A DNA stretch of 64,000 nt from a virus. Taxonomy: Duplodnaviria > Caudoviricetes. Every line of letters starts with the position of its first letter. Position 1 is the stretch's first letter. Positions 20,642 to 30,800 of this stretch are shown here, piece after piece. The notes under the pieces were generated by a model. The model was given only the letters and a program-made list of their open reading frames with translations, ran no database searches and was not told the DNA's origin. The stretch is taken from the IMG/VR virus record IMGVR_UViG_3300022752_000013; one strand, written 5' to 3'. The translations under genes and the position numbers were made by a program.

Positions 20642-22131
20642 TGGCCGCCTCGTTTAACGAATCACAAAAGATTGATTATCTTTGGAAAAAGGTCGGCTAC
20701 GGCGTGACCAAAACAGCCGAGCCTGAATCCAAGCAAGCCTTCAACGAAACCATACCCAGTCCACTGCTGTATCGTGGCGATCTCATTTGGACACAGAGTG
20801 GAGACATACCTGCTTCACCGCCGTCCAATACCACATCATTGGTACAGGTATACAAAGATGGTGGCGGCGCTGGATACAGTCCTGCTGTACAATGTACCGA
20901 AGACCTAACAGCACCTGACAATCAAACCTGGAAGACAAACTCAATCAACTGGATCCCCACACAGTTTGGCGACAACTACCTGGTACAAGTGTATGCCGGT
21001 GCCGCAAACATAAGCAATCCTCAAACAGCAGGTACCAAGTTATTTGGCGCAGGCTCTGGCAGCGATGACACCTGGTTCTTTGATTACCAGTCTGGTGTTC
21101 TAAACTTTAATGGCGCAACCATACCAACTGCTATTGGTACAGGAACAGCCAACGTAATTTATATTGTGGGTTACAGATACGTTGGTGAGTTTGGTGTAGA
21201 CACTACATTTATCAGCAATGGTACAAGTAATGTTAGCATCAACACAGCCAATGCCAATATCACAATGGGTGTGAATGGCACAGGCAATGTGATAGTTGTG
21301 GCCAACACAGGTGCATACATTACCGGGGCGATGAGTGCTAGTGGCAATATCACCGGCGGCAACATACTTTCAAACAATTACTATTATGCCAATGGTACAC
21401 CAGTTCCTCCAGGCATAATATACACAGCCAATACAGCACCTCCTGTCAGTCCAGCACCCAAAGTAACTGACCAGTGGTATGATACCGCCAATGATGTTCT
21501 ATACGAATACCTTTATGATGGCACAAGTAATTACTGGATTGATACCACCAGTCCTGCTTTTGCTGGCGGCGTGGTTGCCAATGTGGCAATTTCTGGTACA
21601 TTGTTGCCAATTGCCAATGTCAGTTATGATGTGGGAAATAGCACTGCATATTTCCGCAACACCTACACACAAAATCTTTATACCAACAACAGACTGCCAG
21701 CGTATAACATGCCCTTGGGTGCTGTGGTACAAACAGTAATGAGTTCAAGTCTGGGTGGTAGTACAACAAATAGCACTAGTTATGCTGACATCAGTTATGC
21801 AAACGTGACAATTACACCATCTAGTTCAACTAGTAAAATTCTTGTTATAGCCACAGGCACCAGTAGTTTTAGTGCATTAGCAGGAGCAAATGTCACTGCT
21901 GATACTCAATTGGTTAGAAGTCCTAGCACCAGTTTACAGGTACAAACAAGTGGAACAACAGTGTCAGGAGGGGGTGTTGGCTCAACTGGGGCGGTTAGTT
22001 ACAGTTATATGGATAGCCCGGGAACCACAAGTCCGGTGACTTATAAACTACAGCAAAAGGTATCTAATGTCAGTAGCACACTTACTAGTACAAATATCTG
22101 GTTGATAGTGCAGGAGATAGCCGCATCATGA
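20641..22131 (+). CDS. Tail fibre-associated structural protein
   Basis: Overlaps neighbouring stop/start codons; shares the PPGIIYTANTAPP...YLYDGTSNYW module with 22848..27887; S/T-rich C-terminus. Confidence 0.65.
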   Translation: MAASFNESQKIDYLWKKVGYGVTKTAEPESKQAFNETIPSPLLYRGDLIWTQSGDIPASPPSNTTSLVQVYKDGGGAGYSPAVQCTEDLTAPDNQTWKTNSINWIPTQFGDNYLVQVYAGAANISNPQTAGTKLFGAGSGSDDTWFFDYQSGVLNFNGATIPTAIGTGTANVIYIVGYRYVGEFGVDTTFISNGTSNVSINTANANITMGVNGTGNVIVVANTGAYITGAMSASGNITGGNILSNNYYYANGTPVPPGIIYTANTAPPVSPAPKVTDQWYDTANDVLYEYLYDGTSNYWIDTTSPAFAGGVVANVAISGTLLPIANVSYDVGNSTAYFRNTYTQNLYTNNRLPAYNMPLGAVVQTVMSSSLGGSTTNSTSYADISYANVTITPSSSTSKILVIATGTSSFSALAGANVTADTQLVRSPSTSLQVQTSGTTVSGGGVGSTGAVSYSYMDSPGTTSPVTYKLQQKVSNVSSTLTSTNIWLIVQEIAAS

Positions 22132-22781
22132 TAACATTATTTCATGCTATCCAAAGTTTGGTGCCCGGCGCAGAAGTCAGTGTGGGCATGTACGATCAAG
22201 CCATAACTTGGCATAAACCTGAGTCAGCCCCAGTTACACTAGAGCAAATACAGGTAGAACAACACCGTTTGCAACAGGCCTATGACTGGCAAGAATACCA
22301 AAGAAATCGTGCTAAAGAATACCCCAGCATCCAAGAACAACTGGATGCTTTATATCATGCTGGTGTGTTCCCCGCGGAAATGGCAGCCAGAATACGAGCA
22401 GTAAAAGCAAAATATCCACGCTATTCGTCGGACCAGACTCAAACCGCAGAGCAAACAGCGCCAAAAATGACAGTTGAACAATGGTTAGCAGAAGAAACAA
22501 AAATGCCCGCGGAACAGTGGCTGGCACAACAATCATCAACACCAATGACTCGAGAACAATGGCTAGCATCTCAAGCCCAGGTCAGAACAGCACAAGACAC
22601 ACAACCGGTGCATACTGCCACTCGTACAATGACTGCAGAAGAGTGGTTGCGAGAGCAAGCGTCCGTAGAAAATAATCAAATGATGACCCGCGAACAGTGG
22701 CTAGAACAGCAAAAAACCGTTGTAGAACCGCCAAAAATGACCCGTGAGCAATGGTTGGCAGAGCAGGCAAAGATAGAATAA
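22128..22781 (+). CDS. Tail fibre assembly chaperone-like protein with six C-terminal MTxEQWL repeats
   Basis: EYQRNRAKEYPSIQEQLDALYH motif as in fibre chaperones; follows a fibre gene. Confidence 0.55.
   Translation: MITLFHAIQSLVPGAEVSVGMYDQAITWHKPESAPVTLEQIQVEQHRLQQAYDWQEYQRNRAKEYPSIQEQLDALYHAGVFPAEMAARIRAVKAKYPRYSSDQTQTAEQTAPKMTVEQWLAEETKMPAEQWLAQQSSTPMTREQWLASQAQVRTAQDTQPVHTATRTMTAEEWLREQASVENNQMMTREQWLEQQKTVVEPPKMTREQWLAEQAKIE
22467..22766 (+). repeat. Six M(T/P)xE(Q/E)WL peptide repeats
   Basis: MTVEQWL, MPAEQWL, MTREQWL, MTAEEWL, MTREQWL, MTREQWL. Confidence 0.9.
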
Positions 22782-22847
22782 GCAACAAATGTGTCAAACT
22801 AAAATTTTTGGTTTGGCATAAGTAACACATAACAGGAGCAATAGTAT

Positions 22848-25800
22848 ATGTCATTTCCAGTATCACCCACAAATGGACAAGTAACCGTAGTAAACCAAGT
22901 ATCGTACCAGTATTCTAGTGCGACCAATTCCTGGACCAGAATTTTATCCACAGCCAACGTTATCACAGCCAACACAATTGCTGTAAACGGTGCGCTCACA
23001 GTGGGCACAACAATCAGTGCAATTGGCAACATAACTGGTAGTTATTTCTTTGGTAATGGCTCGCAACTGACCGGACTGGCAGCCGGAACTGCTAACACAG
23101 CATTGTCACTGGTCAACGGTAACACAAATCTTACCACAGCAACCAATGGCAACGCTAACTTGACCATTGGTGGAACTTCAAATGTGGTTGTGTGGGCAAC
23201 TACTGGACAATTTGTAACTGGTGTATTAAGCGCAAACGGCACTGTCACCGGCGGCAACTTGGTCACCGGCGGATTTGTAAGTGCCACTGCCAACGTAACT
23301 GGTGGCAACATCTTAACAGGTGGCCTGATAAGTGCCACAAGCACAGTAACTGGATCAACGCTGATTGGTACTGTGGTCACAGCAAGTGGCAACGTAACTG
23401 GTGGCAACGTCTTAACAGGCGGCTTAATTTCAGCCACAAGCACTATCACAAGTGCGGCAAACATCACAGGTGGTAATTTATTAACTGGCGGGCTAGTATC
23501 TGCCACGGCCAACGTCACAGGTGGTAATGTATTAACAGGTGGACTTGTAAGTGCCACTGCCAACGTAACTGGTGGAAACTTGCTTACAGGTGGCCTGATA
23601 AGTGCCACAAGCACAATTACCAGCGCCGCTAATATTACAGGCGGTAATATCTTAACTGCTGGTTTAGTATCAGCCGGAAGCACAATTACTGGTACAACAT
23701 TGATTGGATCAGTTGTCACTGCAAGTGGTAACATCACAGGTGGCAATGTTTTAACTGGCGGACTAATAAGTGCCACTTCGACAATTACAAGTGCGGCCAA
23801 TATCACAGGTGGCAACTTGCTTACAGGTGGCTTAGTATCAGCCACTGCCAACATAACCGGTGGTAACATCTTGACAGGTGGACTTGTATCAGCAACAGGT
23901 AATGCTATATTTGGCAACATCAGCACCACCGGTGCTAGTGGTAATATTTCGGGTGCCAACGTAATTTCTAGCACCACACTCAGTGCCACAGGCAACGTAA
24001 TTAGTGGCAACGTAACAACAGGTGGATTGATCACAGCAACTGGTAACATAACCGGTGGTAATGTTTTAACTGCTGGTCTAGTGTCAGCAACTGGTAACGT
24101 AACTGGTAACTATATTTTGGGTAATGGTGCTTTCCTGAGCGGCGTTATTACCTCAGTAGCCAATATCAACAATGGCACATCAAACGTTACAGTGGTAAGT
24201 TCTGGTGGCAACGTCACAGTTGGCATTGGTGGAACATCAAATATTGCTGTGTTTGCCACCACAGGTGAATATGTAACAGGCATAATCAGTGCCAGTGGCA
24301 ACATCATATCAGCCGGCAACGTGTCAGGTGGCAACATCTTAACCGGTGGATTAGTAAGTGCCACAGCCAACGTCACAGGCGGCAACTTGCTGACAGGTGG
24401 ACTAGCAAGCGTTACAGGCAACGTCACAGGTGGTAATGTCTTAACAGGCGGACTGGTATCCGCAACCGCTAACGTAACTGGTGGTAATATTTCTACTGGT
24501 GGTGTGGTAACTGCCGCAGGCAATGTGTTTGGTAACAACATTTTTGCCACAACATCAGTAAGCACAGCAGGCAACGTGATTGCCGGCAACGTGAATACCG
24601 CTACTATTAGACCAACTAGTGGTGCATTGACAGTTAGTACTGCCTCGGGTGATATAAACTTAAATCCTGCTGGTAACGTTGTGCTGGCAAGTGGCAATAC
24701 TTTCATCAACAACTTGGCTCAGCCAGTACAAAATCAAGATGCGGCAACCAAACTTTATGTTGATAACCTTGCTTCAACTGGCATCACATATCACGAAGCA
24801 GTATATGTAGCCACCACAGCCAACTTGGCCACAACCACAGGCGGTACTATTACGTATGCTCAACCAAATGGTGCGGCAAACGGTGTTGGTGCAACGCTGA
24901 CAACAACCACGTCGTTCAACTTGATCGACACAGCCAACGTTCAAACAGTTGGTACACGTATTTTGGTCAAAGATCAGGGCAATGCTGTGCAAAACGGTGT
25001 GTATACCTGGGCCAACGCCACTGTTATTGTGCGTTCAACTGACACTGATCAATACGGTTCTGACAGCACAGAATCATTCAGTATCAACGACTACTTCTTT
25101 ACTTCAAACGGTAACGTCAATGCTGGCACAGCCTTTATTGTTAGTGCTCCAGCAGGAACTATTACGTTTGGTACATCGAATATCACATTTGCCATATTCA
25201 GCCAAAGCACAACTTATACTGCCAATACTGCGGCTGGTTTGAGCCTGACAGGCACTGTATTTTCAGCCAAAGTAGACAACACTACCACAGCATTTGATGG
25301 AGGTGGCAACATTATTGTCAAAGCCAGTGCTAACCTTACTACACCAAACATTGGTGCGGCAACTGGTACAAGTTTAAACACAACCGGCAATGTTGACGCA
25401 GGCAACCTACGCACAGGTGGATTGGTAACTGCTACAGGTAACGTCACAGGCGGCAATATCTTGACAGGTGGCCTAGTATCGGCTGCTGCCAACGTTACCG
25501 CTAACAATGGTATGTTTACCACAATTGTAAACACAGCCAGTTTCACTGGTAGTGTAGCATCATTGAGTGGCAACGTCACAGGTGGCAATATCCTAACAGG
25601 TGGTTTAGTATCGGCCACTGCTAACGTAACTGGTGGCAACTTGCTTACAGGTGGATTAATATCAGCCGCAAGTACCATTACTGGCACAACATTGATTGGC
25701 TCAGTTGTCACAGCAAGTGGTAATGTAACTGGTGGCAACATCTTAACAGGTGGATTGATAAGTGCCACATCAACAATTACTAGTGCCGCCAACATCACTG

Positions 25801-27887
25801 GTGGCAATCTATTAACAGGCGGACTGGTATCAGCCACTGGCAATGTATCAGGTGGTAACTTGTTGACAGGTGGATTGATTTCTGCAACTTCAACAATTAC
25901 TAGTGCGGCCAATATCACAGGTGGTAACATTTTAACTGGCGGTTTAGTATCGGCTACTGCCAATGTAACAGGCGGTAACTTGTTGACAGGTGGATTGATT
26001 TCTGCAACTTCAACTATTACAAGTGCCGCTAATATCACAGGTGGTAACATTTTAACTGCTGGTTTAGTATCGGCAACTGGTAATGTGACTGGTAACTACA
26101 TTTTGGGTAATGGTGCGTTCTTAAGTGGCGTTATTACCTCGGTGGCCAATATCAACAATGGCACTTCAAATGTCACTGTGGTCAGTTCAGGTGGCAACGT
26201 CACTGTTGGCGTTGGTGGCACAGGCAACGTGGCAGTATTTGCAACAACTGGTGAATACATTACTGGATTGTTAAGCGTCAGTGGAAACATTACATCAGCA
26301 GCCAATGTGTCAGGTGGCAACTTGCTCACAGGTGGATTGATAAGTGCCACAGCCAACATCACTGGTGGCAATGTCCTAACAGGTGGTTTGATCAGTTCAA
26401 CTGGCACCATCACAGGTGGCAATCTTATCACTGTGGGGTTGATCAGTACTTCAGGCAATATTGCTGGTGGCAACATACTCACCAACAACTATTTCTATGC
26501 CAACGGAACCCCAGTTCCTCCTGGCATAATATACACAGCCAATACAGCACCCCCTACAACTCCAAATCCTAAAGTGACCGACCAGTGGTATAACATTTCA
26601 ACGGATGTGTTGTACGAGTATCTTTATGATGGCACAAGTAATTACTGGGTTGACATATCAAGTCCTGCATTTGCTGGCGGTGTTGTTGCAAACGTGGCAA
26701 TTTCAGGTAGCCTGTTGGTCAATGCCAATGCCACCTACGATATTGGTAGTTCAAGCCAATCATTTGCTAACGTGTATGCTGTAAACTACTACGGTAACGG
26801 TGCTTCATTAAGCGGCATTATCACAAGTGTAAGCAACATCAACAACGGTACATCAAACGTTACAGTGGTGAGTTCTGGTGGTAATATTGCAGCCTCAGTT
26901 GGTGGCACATCAAATGTGATGGTGATCAGTTCAGGTGCTGTGGCAATCACAGGTGACTTGAGTGTATCTGGCAACGCAAGTTTGACTGGTAACATTGTTG
27001 GTGATGCTATCTACAATGGTACAACCAGTGTACAAATTCAAGCATCCGGTGGCAATGCCAACATCACAATTGGTGGAACATCAAACGTGGCAGTATTTGC
27101 TAGTACTGGTGCATTTATTACTGGTGTAAACAGCGTAAGCGGTAACGTCACCGGTGGCAACGTCTTGACAGGTGGCTTAATTAGTGCTACTGGTGCAATC
27201 CAAGTTGGTGGAGACATGAGCCTGGTAGGTAACATTGTTGACACTGGTACATTGTGGGTCAACACCAGCAGTAACGGCAACATTAACTTGAATCCTAACG
27301 GTTCAGGACAAACCAATATACCTACAGGTATACTCAATGTCACTGCCAACATTGTTGGTGGTAACTTGACCACAGCAGGTATACTTACTGTGAACTCTGG
27401 GGCAGCCGCTACAGCCATTGTGAATGGTGCTGGCAACGCCGTTGGTAACATTGGTAGTTCAAGTGTTTACTTCAACAGATTGTTTGCTCAAGCAACCACA
27501 GCACTCTACGCTGACTTGGCAGAAAACTATTTGGGCGACGCTGATTACACCCCAGGTACAGTGGTAGATTTTGGTGGTACTCAGGAAATTACTATAAGTA
27601 CTGTAGATTCCAGCAAGCGGGTTGCTGGTGTGGTTTCAACTAATCCGGCTCACTTGATGAACGCAGGAGTCGTTGGTGAACATGTGGTTACAGTGGCATT
27701 GATTGGTCGTGTACCAGTCAGTGTAACAGGCACAGTACGCAAAGGTGACTTGATGGTCAGTGCTGGAGACGGCACAGCCAAGGCAGTTACAATTGCAAGT
27801 CCAAAAGTAGGTACTATAATTGGTAAATCACTTGAAGACTTCGACGGCAACAAAGGCACAATTGAAATCGTGATTGGCAAGCATTAA
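22848..27887 (+). CDS. Giant repeat fibre (1679 aa) with C-terminal intramolecular chaperone/autoproteolytic (Peptidase G2-like) domain
   Basis: 17- and 23-aa GGN repeats; C-terminal ALYADLAENY...PGTVV...VAGVVSTNPAHLMN...VALIGRVPV...IIGKSLE. Confidence 0.78.
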   Translation: MSFPVSPTNGQVTVVNQVSYQYSSATNSWTRILSTANVITANTIAVNGALTVGTTISAIGNITGSYFFGNGSQLTGLAAGTANTALSLVNGNTNLTTATNGNANLTIGGTSNVVVWATTGQFVTGVLSANGTVTGGNLVTGGFVSATANVTGGNILTGGLISATSTVTGSTLIGTVVTASGNVTGGNVLTGGLISATSTITSAANITGGNLLTGGLVSATANVTGGNVLTGGLVSATANVTGGNLLTGGLISATSTITSAANITGGNILTAGLVSAGSTITGTTLIGSVVTASGNITGGNVLTGGLISATSTITSAANITGGNLLTGGLVSATANITGGNILTGGLVSATGNAIFGNISTTGASGNISGANVISSTTLSATGNVISGNVTTGGLITATGNITGGNVLTAGLVSATGNVTGNYILGNGAFLSGVITSVANINNGTSNVTVVSSGGNVTVGIGGTSNIAVFATTGEYVTGIISASGNIISAGNVSGGNILTGGLVSATANVTGGNLLTGGLASVTGNVTGGNVLTGGLVSATANVTGGNISTGGVVTAAGNVFGNNIFATTSVSTAGNVIAGNVNTATIRPTSGALTVSTASGDINLNPAGNVVLASGNTFINNLAQPVQNQDAATKLYVDNLASTGITYHEAVYVATTANLATTTGGTITYAQPNGAANGVGATLTTTTSFNLIDTANVQTVGTRILVKDQGNAVQNGVYTWANATVIVRSTDTDQYGSDSTESFSINDYFFTSNGNVNAGTAFIVSAPAGTITFGTSNITFAIFSQSTTYTANTAAGLSLTGTVFSAKVDNTTTAFDGGGNIIVKASANLTTPNIGAATGTSLNTTGNVDAGNLRTGGLVTATGNVTGGNILTGGLVSAAANVTANNGMFTTIVNTASFTGSVASLSGNVTGGNILTGGLVSATANVTGGNLLTGGLISAASTITGTTLIGSVVTASGNVTGGNILTGGLISATSTITSAANITGGNLLTGGLVSATGNVSGGNLLTGGLISATSTITSAANITGGNILTGGLVSATANVTGGNLLTGGLISATSTITSAANITGGNILTAGLVSATGNVTGNYILGNGAFLSGVITSVANINNGTSNVTVVSSGGNVTVGVGGTGNVAVFATTGEYITGLLSVSGNITSAANVSGGNLLTGGLISATANITGGNVLTGGLISSTGTITGGNLITVGLISTSGNIAGGNILTNNYFYANGTPVPPGIIYTANTAPPTTPNPKVTDQWYNISTDVLYEYLYDGTSNYWVDISSPAFAGGVVANVAISGSLLVNANATYDIGSSSQSFANVYAVNYYGNGASLSGIITSVSNINNGTSNVTVVSSGGNIAASVGGTSNVMVISSGAVAITGDLSVSGNASLTGNIVGDAIYNGTTSVQIQASGGNANITIGGTSNVAVFASTGAFITGVNSVSGNVTGGNVLTGGLISATGAIQVGGDMSLVGNIVDTGTLWVNTSSNGNINLNPNGSGQTNIPTGILNVTANIVGGNLTTAGILTVNSGAAATAIVNGAGNAVGNIGSSSVYFNRLFAQATTALYADLAENYLGDADYTPGTVVDFGGTQEITISTVDSSKRVAGVVSTNPAHLMNAGVVGEHVVTVALIGRVPVSVTGTVRKGDLMVSAGDGTAKAVTIASPKVGTIIGKSLEDFDGNKGTIEIVIGKH
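25861..26097 (+). repeat. Recent 120-bp tandem duplication within the fibre gene
   Basis: 25861 and 25981 both begin tgttgacaggtggattgatttctgcaacttcaac and stay near-identical. Confidence 0.9.
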
Positions 27888-27897
27888 AGGATAGCGA

Positions 27898-30800
27898 ATG
27901 GCCTTTCCAACGTCGCCGACGAATGGGCAGATTACAGTTGTTAATAACGTTTCGTACCAGTACTCAAACGTTAGTAACGCTTGGACTCGTGTCCTTTCAA
28001 CTGCCAACATCATTACCGCTAACACAATTGTTTCCAATGGTTATATCAGTGCCGCTGGAAACATCTTAACAGGCAACTATTTTATTGGTAACGGTTCGTT
28101 ACTAACTGGTATTGCCACAGGAACACCCACACAAATAGTCAGCGGCACATCAAACGTAAGTGTTGTGAGTTCTGGTGGCAATGTCACAGTTGGTGTTGGT
28201 GGCACATCAAACGTGGCAGTGTTTGCCACCACAGGCGAATACGTAACTGGTATTGTTTCAGCAAGCGGAAACATCATAAGTGCAGCCAACATAACTGGTG
28301 GAAATTTATTAACTGCTGGATTAGTCAGTGTTACTGGCACACTCAGTGTAAGTGGAGCGACCACGCTTGCCAACCTCAGCGCCGGCAACATTTCATCAGG
28401 TAGCATAAGTTCTGGCGGAGCAATAAGTGCCAGTGGTAACATCACAGGTGGCAATTTATCAGGTACTAACATTGTTGGTACACTGACCACAGCCGCTCAA
28501 ACTAACATCACAAGCGTTGGCACATTGGGCTCGTTGGCCGTTACTGCCAACGTAACTGGTGGTAACATACTCACAGCAGGACTAGTGTCAGCAACTGGTA
28601 ATGTCACTGGTAACTTCTTTATTGGTAACGGATCACAGTTAACTGGTATTGCCACAGGAACGCCCACACAAATAGTCAGCGGCACATCAAACGTAAGTGT
28701 TGTGAGTTCTGGTGGTAATGTCAGCATTGGTATAGGTGGCACATCAAATGTGGCAGTATTTGCCACAACAGGTGAATATGTAACTGGATTAATATCAGCC
28801 AGTGGTAACATCACAGGTGGCAATGTACTAACTGGTGGATTGATATCTGCAACATCAACTATTACTAGTGCCGCTAATATCACAGGTGGAAATGTACTAA
28901 CTGGTGGATTAGTATCAGCAACTGCCAACATCACCGGTGGAAATGTTTTAACTGGCGGCCTTGCCTCAGCAACTGGCAACATCACCGGCGGTAATTTATT
29001 AACTGCTGGATTAGTATCAGCAACTGCCAACATAACTGGTGGCAATGTACTAACTGCCGGTATAATAAGTGCCACTGGTACCATCACCACAGCAGGCAAC
29101 ATAAGTCTAACTGGTAATATTGTTGACATAGGTGAATTGTGGATCAATACCTCAGCCAACGGCAACATCAATCTCAATGCCAATGGAACAGGACAAATCA
29201 ACATACCTGTGGGTATTTTGAGTGTAACCAGCAACATACAAGGTGGCAATTTAAGAACAGCAGGACTTGTTAGTGCAACTGCCAACATCACAGGCGGTAA
29301 CTTACTTACTGCGGGCCTAATATCAGCAACCAGTACAGTAACTGGATCAAGTTTCCTAGGCACAGTAGTAAGTGTCACAGCCAACATAACTGGTGGTAAT
29401 TTATTAACTGGTGGATTGATAAGTGCTACGTCAACTGTTACATCGGCCGCCAACATAACTGGTGGTAACTTACTCACTGGTGGACTTGTTAGTGCTACTG
29501 CCAACATAACTGGTGGTAACATATTAACAGGTGGTATTATAAGTGCTGTTGGTAATATTACCGCAGGAACTGGTAATTTCTTTATTGGTAATGGATCACA
29601 ACTAACAGGTATCAATGCTAGTACCAGTGGATTCCCAATCACTGCTGGCAACTCAAATATTGCGGCCACTGCCAATGGCAATATTGCTATTACTGTAGGT
29701 GGCACAGCCAACGTATCGGTATTTGCCACAACAGGTCAATACATAACTGGACTAATTAGTGCCAATGGTAACGTAACAGGTGGCAATATCTTAACAGGTG
29801 GCCTGGTCAGTGCCACTGCCAACGTCACCGGTGGTAACTTGTTGTTTGGATCTGGTGTTGTTTCGGGAACTGGTAATGTGTATGCCAACAACGGCATATT
29901 CACCACAATTGTAAACACAGCCAGTTTCACTGGTAGTATTGTTTCAGTAACAGCCAATGTCACAGCCGGTAATATCTTAACTGGTGGCCTGGTTAGTGCC
30001 ACTGCCAATGTTACGGGTGGTAACATATTAACAGGTGGATTAGTATCGGCTACAGCCAACGTTGTAGCCAACAATGGTATGTTCACTACGATTGTGAACG
30101 TGGCCAGTTTCACTGGTAGTATTGTTTCAGTAACCGCCAACGTTACAGGTGGTAACATATTAACAGGTGGATTAGTATCTGCCGCGGCCAATGTAACGGC
30201 CAACAATGGTATGTTCACTACAATTGTGAACACAGCCAGTTTCACTGGTGGACTGGTATCAGTAACTGGTAACGTCACCGCCAACAATGGTATGTTCACC
30301 AACATTGTGAACGTGGCCAGCCATACAGGTGCTGTGGTCAGTGTCAGTGGTAATGTTACTGGTGGCAACATATTAACAGGTGGATTAGTATCAGCCACAG
30401 CCAACGTTATAGCCAACAATGGTATGTTCACTAACATTGTGAACGTGGCCAGTTTCACTGGTGGACTGGTATCAGTAACTGGTAACGTCACCGCCAACAA
30501 CGGCATGTTCACCACAATTGTGAACACAGCCAGTTTCACTGGTAGTGTGGCATCATTGAGTGGCAACGTAACAGGTGGCAATGTCTTGACTGCTGGATTA
30601 ATCTCAGCCACTTCGACAATCACAAGTTCAGCAAACATCACAGGTGGTAATTTATTAACTGGTGGCTTAGCAAGTGTTACTGGTAACGTGATTGCCGGAA
30701 ATGTAAACACCAGCACAGTTAGACCCACCAGCGGTGCGTTGACACTGAGTACTGCATCGGGCAATTTAAATTTAAATCCTGCTGGTAATATTGTTCTAAG

